A stretch of DNA of 64,000 bases, taken from assembly GCA_963662285.2 (NCBI GenBank), contig CAXXMV010000001.1:256001-320000 (forward strand), written 5' to 3'. Under the pieces are notes generated by a model. That model saw only the letters and a list, made by a program, of their open reading frames with translations. It was not told the DNA's origin and did not search any database. Shown piece after piece: positions 1 to 11,400 of the stretch (its first letter is position 1; each line of letters opens with the position of its first letter). The DNA is from a bacterium (GTDB taxonomy: Bacteria; Hinthialibacterota; Hinthialibacteria; Hinthialibacterales; Hinthialibacteraceae). The translations under genes were made by a program, and so were the position numbers.

Positions 1-411
1 AAGGCGTTTTCACTTTGTTATCATGGTGATTTTTAAGCATGAATAAACGATGGATTCTTGCTTTTCGTATATAAGATACGGTTAAATTATGCGCGATTCG
101 GTATAAAAGCCCTTTCAAATTGGTTATCTCTCTTCCTTTTGTTGCATAATTTTCCCAGAAAACAACAAAAGTTTCTTGAACAATTTCATCGATTTCGTCT
201 GCTGCATCAATCTGAACTGCTACAAACGTTTTCAGGGCGTGCTGATAGCACTGGATAACCTGTTTTAGAGCATATTCCGTGTCAAATCTCGACAAATTGT
301 CCAGTTCAATATTCAAAATGAGTAATCCCATCTAGCGATAATGACTAAAATATCAATTTTCCACATAAAATACATCGAACTTATCTATAAAATTGGCCAA
401 AAAAATACACT

Positions 412-1854
412 TCAATGATTCATCCAATCATGGATTGCAGAAGGAATCGGTGTTGGTTTTGGGAATTCTGGATCGTAAAAGAACAATCGATTTAATTTGT
501 ATTCATCATTTTCTGTTACGAAAATAATATCTCCATATCCATTGCCGTTACTATCTCCTAAAATAGGACGTCCAGAGATGCGTCCAGGAATCTTGAACCT
601 TGAAGGGAAAATGAGCGGGTCTAAGTTTTCGTTTAAAAAATGAATATAATCGGAATCATTAACAGTTTGAATCACCGCCAAATCCGGCCCTGGTTCAGAA
701 AACAGTAAAATACTCCCAATAAGAGTGTTGGATTCTTGGATCGTAAATATCCGGCCACGATTCTGTGATATATCCAATCGATATAGGTTACCCTCTCCGT
801 CAAGAAGCACGATTTCACTCTCCATATCATCATCTAATTCAGGTACGGCTAAATCGACGCAATCCCCCTCAAGTTCTATTTCCTGGAGTAAACGTCCATT
901 GAAAGCAGAAAAAACAGTAACAGAAGGTGGAATATAGAGAGAAGGATTTTTCCGTGCTTTCGTTCCAGCGATAATCAAAGTTTCCTCATAATCAGATTGT
1001 CCTATCGCTAAACGGGATAATTCGAGATTTGGATTGATCGGAATCGACCATAATTCTTCTGGAGATAACGTTTCAGCATTAAGCCTGTATGAGTGAATGT
1101 ACGATAAATCGCTTTCTGCGGTTGATTGGATAATGGGATTTGAAGCAATATACGCATACCAGGATTCATCAAACTCGTCCCATATGAAAGCCATTAAACG
1201 AGTCGTAGAGGTTCCTGGAAATTCAATCTTCCTCGAAGAGGAGGATTTTCGATCGTAAACGGATAGAACGCCTTTAAGTGAGTCAACTGCTCCATAACAT
1301 AAGAATTCTTGATTCCCATCTGAATCAATATCGATAGCCGCACAAATTTTCTCATTGAGTATGCTTTGAGATGAATCAAAATTCCAAATAAATTGTTTTG
1401 TTAAGTAACTGTAGATAAAATGCCTTGAATGGCCATTCTCATTGATGACCGAGAAAAGAATCTCTTTAACCGAATCACCATCAATATCTGCTAATGAAGC
1501 GAGATAGACGGCTTCATTTGTCTCTCGGACGACGGGTACAGTCTCAATTGAATGATTGTTAAAGTCAATAATGAGAATTCCTGAACCATCGCTTTTTTGA
1601 ACAACAATTTCTTGTAAGCCGTTATGGTTTAAATCGCCGCAAATAAGATTTTCGATATCGGAAGGGATCGGTATCGATTCTATATCAATGATTTTTTGGA
1701 TCGTGCGGTCCTTGTTGTCTAGATGTACGAAAGCGTTGGCCTTTAAATTAGCGTATGGATATGACCAATCGTTGTTTCCATAAAGTGGAAACGAAAAGAA
1801 AATACATATAAAGACAAATAGAATTGAATTTCTCAATGGATTAACGCCTGCCAA
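412..1854 (-). CDS. Secreted FG-GAP/VCBS-like beta-propeller protein with C-terminal sorting-like motif
   Basis: Hydrophobic N-terminus; repeated DxDxDG-type Ca loops (GDLNHNGLQEI, ADIDGDSVKEI, IDIDSDGNQEF, GDSNGNGYGDI); ends PKPTPIP-SAIHDWMNH. Confidence 0.75.
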   Translation of the reverse strand: MAGVNPLRNSILFVFICIFFSFPLYGNNDWSYPYANLKANAFVHLDNKDRTIQKIIDIESIPIPSDIENLICGDLNHNGLQEIVVQKSDGSGILIIDFNNHSIETVPVVRETNEAVYLASLADIDGDSVKEILFSVINENGHSRHFIYSYLTKQFIWNFDSSQSILNEKICAAIDIDSDGNQEFLCYGAVDSLKGVLSVYDRKSSSSRKIEFPGTSTTRLMAFIWDEFDESWYAYIASNPIIQSTAESDLSYIHSYRLNAETLSPEELWSIPINPNLELSRLAIGQSDYEETLIIAGTKARKNPSLYIPPSVTVFSAFNGRLLQEIELEGDCVDLAVPELDDDMESEIVLLDGEGNLYRLDISQNRGRIFTIQESNTLIGSILLFSEPGPDLAVIQTVNDSDYIHFLNENLDPLIFPSRFKIPGRISGRPILGDSNGNGYGDIIFVTENDEYKLNRLFFYDPEFPKPTPIPSAIHDWMNH

Positions 1855-1949
1855 TTTACTTATTTGATCTTATAATTATATCGCAAATGGAACGCGAGTT
1901 GGGCATTAAATATACAGCGATTTGAATGTAGAATTCAATCGCAAGTATA

Positions 1950-3530
1950 TTGGGGATAAGGAGAAATATCAAAAGAATGAAGAAACGGTCATTGAGTTTC
2001 CTGGTTGAAATATTGTTTGTTTTGGTATTCGTTGGAATAAATCAAATCAATTCATCTGCTCAATCGTGGCCATTCCGCAATGGGGATTCTTCCAATACGA
2101 GGAATTTCCAAACAGTAAAGCCTCTGCTTGTGGGAGATAAGATAACAGCAAAGAAACTTCTTCTTCCATGGGAAATTCAAGGTTTTTTATTATCCGGTGA
2201 TGTAGATGGAACGGGCCGAATCAGCCTCGTATCGTCATTTCAATCTCCACCTTCCGTTGCGATCTATGATCCCATCTCGCTCGCATCGCGTTTAATTCCG
2301 ATTAGTGAGAATCCTTATACGAATGATTACGTATCTCCATACAATCTACTGGATACGGACGGGGAGCCTGGATTGGAAATCCTGACAGTTATCACGCCTA
2401 ATTCCGTTCCATCTTATGGGGAAGGAGTTCCGACTCTATACCAAGTGGTTTCAGGGAAGCAAAATCTCGTACTCAACCAATTCATGGGCATGGTGGGTGA
2501 AGATCAAAATGGAGACGGTGTATGGAGCGGCCGGGAAAGCCCTGAACTTATGTTTGTGGATGAAAAAGGAAAGGTAAAAATCCTTGCGCATATCGATGCA
2601 GGGCATGAAGATTACAAACCTCGGGCCATAAATATTTATGATGTTGAGTCGGGAAAAATTGACGCTCAATTTCACATGGCGACTCCACCAACAGGCATCT
2701 CATTCTTTCAAGATCCTTCATTAGGCAAATATATCTTTACGGCTCCCCTGACACCCGATAATTGGATTCGAGTCAATGGTGAAAAGATAATTGATTCTGA
2801 AGGTAATTACATTAATGTGAGCGAGGACCTGGATGGGCTTACTGTCTCAGACAAGGAAGCCTATGACGTCTGCTTGAAATTAGAAACGGATTCGGAGCAA
2901 GCATATTCACTAGATCTTCAGTGGTATTTAAAGCGGGGCGAATATATGTCGGGCTCATCATTGATTTCCCGGACAGAGGATAATCGCCTTGTTGTTATAT
3001 CCTGGGATACAATGATCCGCTCCTACGATGCGATTTCACCTGGAGGAATTCATGTTTACGACCTCAAAACCGGTGAAATCGTTAAGGAGTTTTATTTAGG
3101 TGAAGAAATCTCTTTTAGAGATGTGTTAAAGATAAATAATTCAAACACTCTTTATGGATTCCATCTTGAAGAAAAATCAGTCACTAAATTCGACTTAGAT
3201 GAAGAAGGACCAAGCAAAACAATTGATTTTAACGATGAACCAACAGTAACGCTTTCCGCATTAGGGGTAGCTGATATGGATGGAGACGGCTCAATTGAAA
3301 TATTGATTGCAAAAAAGAAACCGGAAGAAACCGTAATGTTCGTCTATGATGAAAACCTTGTTGAAAAAGACTCTTTAAACGTTCCTCCCTTCAATCAATA
3401 CTGCTTCGCCGATGCAAACCTGGACGGACTCCCTGAGATTTACATGCTCGATCAAATTAATAATAAAGAACTTACGGTTGTTGAATATGAATCTTCGTCT
3501 TTCGTCAGTGATTACATAAAATACGATTAA
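1950..3530 (+). CDS. Secreted FG-GAP-repeat protein with C-terminal sorting-like motif (likely start ATG 1977)
   Basis: Signal peptide MKKRSLSFLVEILFVLVFVG..SSA; GDVDGTG, DTDGEPGLEI, ADMDGDGSIEI, ADANLDGLPEI loops; ends SFVSDYIKYD. Confidence 0.75.
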   Translation: MGIRRNIKRMKKRSLSFLVEILFVLVFVGINQINSSAQSWPFRNGDSSNTRNFQTVKPLLVGDKITAKKLLLPWEIQGFLLSGDVDGTGRISLVSSFQSPPSVAIYDPISLASRLIPISENPYTNDYVSPYNLLDTDGEPGLEILTVITPNSVPSYGEGVPTLYQVVSGKQNLVLNQFMGMVGEDQNGDGVWSGRESPELMFVDEKGKVKILAHIDAGHEDYKPRAINIYDVESGKIDAQFHMATPPTGISFFQDPSLGKYIFTAPLTPDNWIRVNGEKIIDSEGNYINVSEDLDGLTVSDKEAYDVCLKLETDSEQAYSLDLQWYLKRGEYMSGSSLISRTEDNRLVVISWDTMIRSYDAISPGGIHVYDLKTGEIVKEFYLGEEISFRDVLKINNSNTLYGFHLEEKSVTKFDLDEEGPSKTIDFNDEPTVTLSALGVADMDGDGSIEILIAKKKPEETVMFVYDENLVEKDSLNVPPFNQYCFADANLDGLPEIYMLDQINNKELTVVEYESSSFVSDYIKYD

Positions 3531-3559
3531 TATACGCAATTTTGACATAGATAGAATTC

Positions 3560-3597
3560 TCGCTTGCTTATTTTTTCATGAGCAAGCGATTTTTTTT
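3560..3597 (+). terminator. Rho-independent terminator
   Basis: Stem TCGCTTGCTTAT / ATGAGCAAGCGA followed by a T-run, 30 nt after the stop of 1950..3530. Confidence 0.75.
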
Positions 3598-3668
3598 GGC
3601 CAATTTTTCGGGAATATTCGATTTTATTAAAAAAACATTGGGTTGCTATATAAAATTCTACCTATTTT

Positions 3669-6600
3669 TTGGAGAAAAAAATGTGTAACAGGATTCTTGT
3701 GTTATTATGTGTTTTTTTAAATTGTAGTTATTCGTCAGAATATTATTCTTATGGGCCTCCAGTAAAGTTCCCATCATCAAGTCATAATGATTCAATAAAT
3801 TCTGTTAATTATTCTCCAGATGGAAATTTTGTAATTACAGGAAGTGAAGATAAAACCGCTATTTTATGGGAAATCTCTACTGGAAGAGTAATACATACTT
3901 TTTCTGGGCATAAAGAAAGAATCAATTCAGTCGCTTTTTCACCTGATGGACAGACAGTATTCACAGGTAGTGATGATACAATAAAAAAATGGGATGTATT
4001 AACTGGAAAAGAAATTCAAACGTTAGAGTTAAATAAATGGATTCAAACTTTTTCACCGCAGGGTAGTCAGTTTTTAACAGGTCGTTATTCTGAAAATTTG
4101 GAAATCTGGGATTCATTGTCCAATAGTAAAATTGCATCTTTTGATGCTTCTTTAGATGGGTTTGGTCATACAATCTATACAGCTGCTTTTTTACCAAATG
4201 AAAAACAAATAGCATTTGTTAGTGAAAATAGTCATGGGGGAATAGTAAGATTTTGGAATATTGACACCAATAGTGAAATTTGTACTTTCTATCCTGCTTC
4301 TTATGCGCACAATGAAACCATAACCGATATTGCGTTCTCTTCTGATAGCAAAAAAATCATTACAGGGAGTGATGATCAAACAGCAAAAATATTGGATATT
4401 GAAACGAATGAAATTGGTAATATATTTATGAGAGAAAAATTGACTCTAATTGGACATAGTGAGCCAATAACATCTGTTGGTCTTTCACCGGACGGAAAAT
4501 ATGCTCTTACAGGGAGTCAACACTACGCAAAATTATGGGATGCAATAACTGGTGAAGAATTACATACATTTCATGGATATGAGTTTAAATCAATTATTTT
4601 TGGTAAAAATGGAAACAGTGTTTTAGTAGGAAATGAAAATACCGCATTCTTATTGGACTTAGATTCAAAAAAGAAGATTCAAGTATTTGGTGCTGATGCA
4701 TATTCAGAAGTAATATCACCTAGTGGTGAATTCATTGTATCATTTGGAAATTATTCAACAAGACTTTGGGAGATTGAGACTGGTTCCGTAATACGAATTT
4801 TTTCTGGGCATAATGATGGTGTGTATTCAGCAGCATTTTCACCGGATGGTAATCACATTTTAACAGGGAGTTATGATGATACAGCAAAATTGTGGGATGT
4901 AACCTCTGGTACAGAAATTCGAACATTTACTGGGCATAACGATGATATTCGATCTGTCGCTTTTTCTCCAGATGGTAATAAAATATTAACAGGAAGTTGG
5001 GATAAAACAGCAAAGTTATGGGATGTTTCCTCTGGCAACGAATTACAATCTTTCTCTGGTCATACTGATGGCATAACATCGGTAGATTTTTCTCCTGATG
5101 GAAAACAAATTGCAACAGGAAGTTGGGATAAAACAGCGAAATTATGGGATCTGGCTACCGGAAAAGAAATATTCACGTTCCAAGGTCATAACAAGTATAT
5201 AGATTCTGTAGAATTCTCTCCAGATGGGAATTATTTATTAACTGCAAGTGGAGATAGGTCAGCAAAATTGTGGGATATATCTACTGGAATAGAATTATTA
5301 ACCATATCAGGTTGTGATGGGAAAGCTACATTTTCACCGGATGGAGAAAAAATTTTGACACAGGATGGTAAACTTTGGAAAGCATCTACTGGTTGTAAAT
5401 TTGGATCTAGATTAGGATCTTATCCCTATGGCGGTGAATTCTCACCTGATGGGAATTATATTATTGCCACTTCACAGTACCAAGTCTTATTATGGGATAT
5501 TTCAACATATGGTAATGAACAAAAATCCATTGGAGGTAATAATAGTTATATATACACAGTTGCATATTCATCCGATGGAAAGCGTGTGGCAACAGGAGGA
5601 TATGATAATAGAGCAATAGTATGGGATGTGGAAGCAGGATCTGTGTTATGCGAATATTCAGATAAAGGATACATCAATTCGTTATCATTTTCTCCAGATA
5701 GTGAACAATTATTGATAGGTAGTGAAGATGGAACTGTCAAATTGTTAGATGCAATAACTGGTAAAGAATTGTATCGCTATCAAGATATTGATGACCCAGT
5801 CAATTCTGTTGCATTTTCACCAGATGGAACAAAAGTATTGGTAGGCAGTGATGATAATACAGCAATAATGTGGGATGTAAATACTGGTTTAAGACTGCAT
5901 ACTTTTTCTGGTCATGAGGGAACTGTGCATTCAGTTATATTTTCGCCAGATAGCAATTATATACTAACTGGGAGTGAAGATGGAACAGCAAAATTGTGGG
6001 ATATAGTATCTGGATTGAACATAAAAACGTTTATTGGTCATGAAAGTGGTGTTACATCTGTTGCCTTTTCTCCAGATCGTAAACAAATTGTAACCGGAAG
6101 TTGGGATGATACTGCAAAATTATGGGATGTGATTACAGGTAATGTATTAAAAACTTTCTCAGGACATAAAAGTAATGTGAATTCAGTCGCTTTTTCTCCA
6201 AATGGTAAATATATTCTCACAGGGAGTTGGGATTACACCGCAAAATTATGGGATATAAACACAGGAATGGAACTCCAGGAATTCTCGGGACATACAGCTG
6301 AAATAAAGTCAGTTGCATTTTCTCCTGATGGAAATAGTGTCCTAACGGGCAGCAGGGATTTTTCGGCAAAGTTATGGGATGTAAATACAGGAGAAGAATT
6401 AAAAACATTCTCAGGGCAAAAACTTGAAATCTCATTACTTTCTTTTTCAAATGATAGCAGCATTTTGTTTTCTAGTGATTTTAGTACAGCAAAATTATGG
6501 GATGTAAACACAGGAGGGGAGTTATATACATTTAACAATTTTCATAATAATGAAGGAATGTCATTAGATGGAAGTAGAATTTTACAAAAGACTCCGGAGG

Positions 6601-7034
6601 GTACGATTAACATGCTGGATTCGACAACAAATGAGGTTCTACATGTATTTTCTGATCCAGAAAAAGTACATAATTCTACAATTTTATCACCTGATGGTAC
6701 AAGAATATTAACAATAGACGGTAAATATAAAGATGCCATAACAGATGAAATTTTATTCTCTATTCCTGCTTTTTCATCTGCTTCTTTTTATCCAAAAGGT
6801 GAAGCATTCTTAACTAGTCACACTATTATGGCAAAATTATGGAATATGTATAACGGAGAGGAACTCCTTACTTATACAGGGTTTTACTCAACGGGTAATG
6901 CTCTTGCATTTTCTCAAGATGGAAAATTATTAGCAACTTCAGATAAGCGTAGGATTGTTCTTTGGGAGTTAAATGGATGGATTCAAGAAATCACACCTCC
7001 AGATACAAAAATAGATGATTGGGCAATATATTAA
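3669..7034 (+). CDS. Secreted multi-WD40-repeat protein (several propellers; likely start ATG 3681)
   Basis: Many GH..V.SVAFSPDG..ILTGS.D.TAKLWD repeats; N-terminal hydrophobic segment; GGAG before ATG 3681; ends PPD-TKIDDWAIY. Confidence 0.92.
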   Translation: MEKKMCNRILVLLCVFLNCSYSSEYYSYGPPVKFPSSSHNDSINSVNYSPDGNFVITGSEDKTAILWEISTGRVIHTFSGHKERINSVAFSPDGQTVFTGSDDTIKKWDVLTGKEIQTLELNKWIQTFSPQGSQFLTGRYSENLEIWDSLSNSKIASFDASLDGFGHTIYTAAFLPNEKQIAFVSENSHGGIVRFWNIDTNSEICTFYPASYAHNETITDIAFSSDSKKIITGSDDQTAKILDIETNEIGNIFMREKLTLIGHSEPITSVGLSPDGKYALTGSQHYAKLWDAITGEELHTFHGYEFKSIIFGKNGNSVLVGNENTAFLLDLDSKKKIQVFGADAYSEVISPSGEFIVSFGNYSTRLWEIETGSVIRIFSGHNDGVYSAAFSPDGNHILTGSYDDTAKLWDVTSGTEIRTFTGHNDDIRSVAFSPDGNKILTGSWDKTAKLWDVSSGNELQSFSGHTDGITSVDFSPDGKQIATGSWDKTAKLWDLATGKEIFTFQGHNKYIDSVEFSPDGNYLLTASGDRSAKLWDISTGIELLTISGCDGKATFSPDGEKILTQDGKLWKASTGCKFGSRLGSYPYGGEFSPDGNYIIATSQYQVLLWDISTYGNEQKSIGGNNSYIYTVAYSSDGKRVATGGYDNRAIVWDVEAGSVLCEYSDKGYINSLSFSPDSEQLLIGSEDGTVKLLDAITGKELYRYQDIDDPVNSVAFSPDGTKVLVGSDDNTAIMWDVNTGLRLHTFSGHEGTVHSVIFSPDSNYILTGSEDGTAKLWDIVSGLNIKTFIGHESGVTSVAFSPDRKQIVTGSWDDTAKLWDVITGNVLKTFSGHKSNVNSVAFSPNGKYILTGSWDYTAKLWDINTGMELQEFSGHTAEIKSVAFSPDGNSVLTGSRDFSAKLWDVNTGEELKTFSGQKLEISLLSFSNDSSILFSSDFSTAKLWDVNTGGELYTFNNFHNNEGMSLDGSRILQKTPEGTINMLDSTTNEVLHVFSDPEKVHNSTILSPDGTRILTIDGKYKDAITDEILFSIPAFSSASFYPKGEAFLTSHTIMAKLWNMYNGEELLTYTGFYSTGNALAFSQDGKLLATSDKRRIVLWELNGWIQEITPPDTKIDDWAIY

Positions 7035-7292
7035 TATACAACTAAAAACAGAATATTAATCGAAATCTAATTAGATTTAGCGTCATATCTCACATTTTTT
7101 CTCCAATCAAATATTAATGGATTAATCATTTATCCATCAAACCGGCCCAATTTAAAAATTTAGGCATTATTTTTATTTTTTTTTTGACCGATTTTGATTT
7201 GGTTGTCGATATAAACATCAAGGTGGTTTGTTTTGTGTGGCGCATCTTGTTGTTTGATTGTATCAACATTCTGAGAAATATGGAGTTAGGTC

Positions 7293-8429
7293 ATGAAAAA
7301 GAGCATATTTGTGTTTGGTTTGGTTTTGGTCTGCGGTATGAATTTTGCTTTTAGCGAGTCGGCATCGTTCTTTCGCGGTGAGAGTGATGGCAGCGATGGG
7401 GAATTGATTGTCACTGAAGACACTTCTGTTCCATTGCCCGAAGACGGCGTGTTGAATTATACAAGGATCGAGGTACAAGAAGGCGCAACTCTCACATTCA
7501 CTCCAAACGCAAAAAACACCGGTGTTGTTCTCCTTTCCCAGGATGATGTGATTATTAATGGCGTTATCAGTGTTTCTGCAATCAGTTCAGAAACACCTGG
7601 ACCCGGCGGATTTCATGGACCGTATCAAGTCGGTGAACATTGGATGCCAAGCGATGGTCTTTTTGGTTTTAAAGGAAAAAGTTCATTTGCTAGTAATCAA
7701 TCATATAAGTATATTGATCCATACTTGATTTCACTTGTAGGTGGCTCTGGCTATAATACTACACATATCACAACACTGTACTATTCTGGTGAATATGACA
7801 ATTATAGTGGGGGCGGCAGTCTGATAATCCAAGCACTAGACAAAATTGTTCTGACTGGATCAACACAGTCTTATCCAGCTAGAAATCATTATAATCATCC
7901 TAGTGTTGATAATTATCGCGGTACACTCCGATTGATAGCAGACATTGTCGAAGGAAACGGATCGATATATGCAGCATATGCCAGAATTGAAGCCAACGAA
8001 ATATCGACAGGATTAAACGTTGACACAAAACCGTGGCTTTCTGATGATTCAACCGCCTATACAACAGGAAAACCCACATTGCCCATCTACATCAAAAACC
8101 GTCCGGAAATCTGGATTGAAAGCGTGTCTGGTAATTCGGTTTCAGCCGGTAAAAAGTCTCAATGGGGCGATATTGCGGATATCACGTTGCCTACCGACAA
8201 CAACCAGGTCGAGATAAACGTCAGAGCCAAGAACCTGCAAGCGCAGTTTATTGATGACACTACCGCCTACGTGCGGATCATGCCTCAGGATGAAGATTAT
8301 TACGCCGAACAGGTCACTTTGACCGATGCCGGAAACGGTGAAGCCACCGGTTCGGTTACGGTTGAACTGGATATCAGCAAGCAATACCTGTTTGCCGCAT
8401 ACATACTCGCCACTCATCTGACAGAGTAG
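7293..8429 (+). CDS. Secreted Gly-rich beta-strand protein with C-terminal Ig-like region
   Basis: Signal peptide MKKSIFVFGLVLVCGMNFAFS; SDGSDG..LPEDGVLNYT.I.V..GATLTF, PGPGGFHG and GGSG/SGGG motifs; first gene of a three-gene surface-protein operon. Confidence 0.65.
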   Translation: MKKSIFVFGLVLVCGMNFAFSESASFFRGESDGSDGELIVTEDTSVPLPEDGVLNYTRIEVQEGATLTFTPNAKNTGVVLLSQDDVIINGVISVSAISSETPGPGGFHGPYQVGEHWMPSDGLFGFKGKSSFASNQSYKYIDPYLISLVGGSGYNTTHITTLYYSGEYDNYSGGGSLIIQALDKIVLTGSTQSYPARNHYNHPSVDNYRGTLRLIADIVEGNGSIYAAYARIEANEISTGLNVDTKPWLSDDSTAYTTGKPTLPIYIKNRPEIWIESVSGNSVSAGKKSQWGDIADITLPTDNNQVEINVRAKNLQAQFIDDTTAYVRIMPQDEDYYAEQVTLTDAGNGEATGSVTVELDISKQYLFAAYILATHLTE

Positions 8430-8455
8430 ACGGCCCGCTGAATAAAAACAGCAGA

Positions 8456-11400
8456 TTGCTAGAGGAGGCGGCAGTGTCTGAGTATATGCGGAAATATACA
8501 TGGTTAGAGCTTGCAGTTTATTGGCTGCTGCTCGTGATGCCCGTACCGGTTCCCGCTCAGGAAACCGGTTCTGAATATCTGATTCCAGAAGATTCAGTAT
8601 TCGATCCAAATACGGAATACGGTCCATTCTGGAGTACAAACAGGGTCAGTACGATTTTCTCCGATCATACGGATACCATTGAGCAAGATGTAACATTCGG
8701 TCCCTTCTGGGGGAGCAACCGAATTGGAGTGATCTTTTCCGATCATGCAGATACCATTGCGCAAGACATTACATTTGGCCCATTCTGGGGGAATAACCGG
8801 ATCGGCATATCTTTCTCCGACACCACCGATGAGATTTCGGAAGACATCGACTTTGGCCCGTTTTGGGGAAACAACCGCGTCAGTCTGACTTTCTCGGATG
8901 TCACCGATACGATCACGGAAGACCTTGAGTTCGGCCCGTTTTGGGGAAACAACCGCGTCAGTCTGACTTTCTCGGATGTCACCGATACGATCACGGAAGA
9001 CCTTGAGTTCGGCCCCTTCTGGGGGAGTAACCGAATATCGTTTAAATTTCAAGACCAACTCCCACCAGAGACAGATATATTAAGACCGGTTTCTGGAACT
9101 ATAATTTACAATCCAAAATATCGATTTGAATGGATCGGGAATGATGATACGACTCCCACTGTCGATCTACAGTATTCCTATCGTCTTGATGACCAAAATT
9201 GGAGTGATTTTTCATTAAATACGTCAACAAATTCAAATGATCTAACTGAAGGTGAACACACCTTCGAGGTAAAAGCCAAAGATCTTGATAATAAGGAAGA
9301 TCCGACTCCGGCAATCGTTGATTTTAACATAGACCTAAGTGCGCCAATCATCACCAATATCGAGATCAATCCTCTTCAAACAAATTGTACGATTACTTTT
9401 AGTACAGATGAACCATCAAAAGCATTAATACAATATGGCATTGATTCAAACACGAACCTTTTAATATCTTCAACCAATGAATGGAAAACAGAGCATACGA
9501 TAACGATCTCAGGATTGGAGATGGTAACGGCTTATACTTACACCATCGAAATCTGGGATCAAGGAAATCATAGAAACATAACTCAAGAAGGAATATTTGA
9601 AACAAAAGGCGCACCGGATCTTGTGGTTACGGGCGTAATGTTTGATACAGATATGGTCTGGCAAGAAGGAACGCTTAGTCTTGAATGGACAATACTTAAT
9701 CAAGGTGTTGAAACTGCCGGAGGGGAAAGACTCGATGCAATCTGTCTTTCTAATGACAAAAATATTGGAGAGGATGTATTAATTGCGGAAGTGAGTCAAG
9801 TTGATTCTATCGCTCCAGGAGAAACAAAAACATTCTCATCAAATATTAATATATCAAATGATGAATTAAATGATGGTATCTATTTTCTTGTCGTGACAAC
9901 AGATGTGTCTAACAAAATATTTGAAGGAGGCAATGAAAGCAATAATAGTTTTATCAATTCAAATTACATAATTCTTAGAGAATACGAAGCAATTATTACA
10001 AGGTGCGATGTAGATATCGCTCCAGCAGGCTCTCCTGTAACTCTCCATGGTGAAGCGTTAAGATTATCAGATGGTGAACTTGCTCCGAACGTACCAGTTC
10101 AAGTCGCTATATCCGTTAGGGGGATTTCTCGTGTTTCAGAAACCATAACGGACACGAATGGAGAGTTCGAACTTGTTTTCACTCCTCTTTCAATGGAAGC
10201 AGGCCGATATCAAGCATTTGCCAAACACCCCTTCGATCTAAATAAAAACGAATCAGAAGTAGAGTTTTCGCTCGTTGGGATGAAGGCAAGTCCAAACCAA
10301 GTGCAATATAATCTCATAACAGGGATCCCTCTCTCAGCCACTTTAGAACTTTCAAACCTGGGTGATGTTCCATTACAAAATATCCAAAAAGAAATTCGTG
10401 CAACGTCTAATGGGATAAGTTTAGATATTCAATTTCCTGCAGAATTGAATGGTTTAGAAATTACATCTATTCCTTTTGTCATTGAGGCAATGGATGATGT
10501 AACTGAAAATTCAACAATTAATATATCGCTTACGAGCATTGAAGGCGCTACTGAATTAGTTGAAATTGAAACACATGTTACTCCCTCTCAGCCAAAATTA
10601 GTAAACTATCCGGGCGTTTTGAATATAGGGATGATTCGAGGCAGTCAAAAATTTGTTGAATGTGAACTTACTAATAGTGGTGGGGCTCCTGCTGAAAATG
10701 TCCGTATTGAATTACCTCAATCAAATTTACAAGATTGGTTAAAGTTAGCTTCTCCAGATACTTTCTCAATGATCGAACCTGGTGAAACCAAAAAGATTAT
10801 CGTAGCGCTTCGTCCACCCGATGACATGATACTTGGACCATATCAAGGAGAGATTATTGTTCATTATGATCTAAATAAATGGATTCAAATACCTTTTAAC
10901 TTTATCTCGGTTTCTGATAGCAAAGGAGATTTGAGAGTCAATGTTGTGGATGAATACACGGTTTTTGGTGAAAGTGCTCCACGCGTGATTGATGCTACAG
11001 TTACTTTGATGAATCCAGCTGATAGCACAACAATATTGGCAACCAGTAATTCGAATGGTACAGCATTAATAGAGGATGTAACAGAAGCTTTCTATTATAT
11101 AGATGTTGAGGCTGATAGGCACTATTCCATAACAAGATTGCCACTCGAACTTTCTGCGGGTATTGTTAATGAAGCAACGGTATTCTTGAATCGTGAACTC
11201 ATAACATACCGTTTCAATGTCGAACCAGCAGAGATTGAAGATAAATACAATATATCCATAGAAACAGTCTTTGAAACAAACGTACTTGCCCCCGTAGTCA
11301 CAATAGATCCACCCATAGGTAGGATTATACTTTTCGATGATCAACCTACAACGATCAATTTTAATATAACCAATCACGGACTGATAGATGCTGAGAATAC

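Noticed and set aside
3669-7034. WD40 DNA repeats as DGR VR/TR pairs, or a NACHT/STAND defence protein
   Set aside because: Differences between repeats are not adenine-restricted by eye, and there is no P-loop or effector domain
8615-9050. Regularly spaced repeats resembling a CRISPR array
   Set aside because: In-frame 78-bp coding repeats with synonymous variation, no unique spacers, no cas genes
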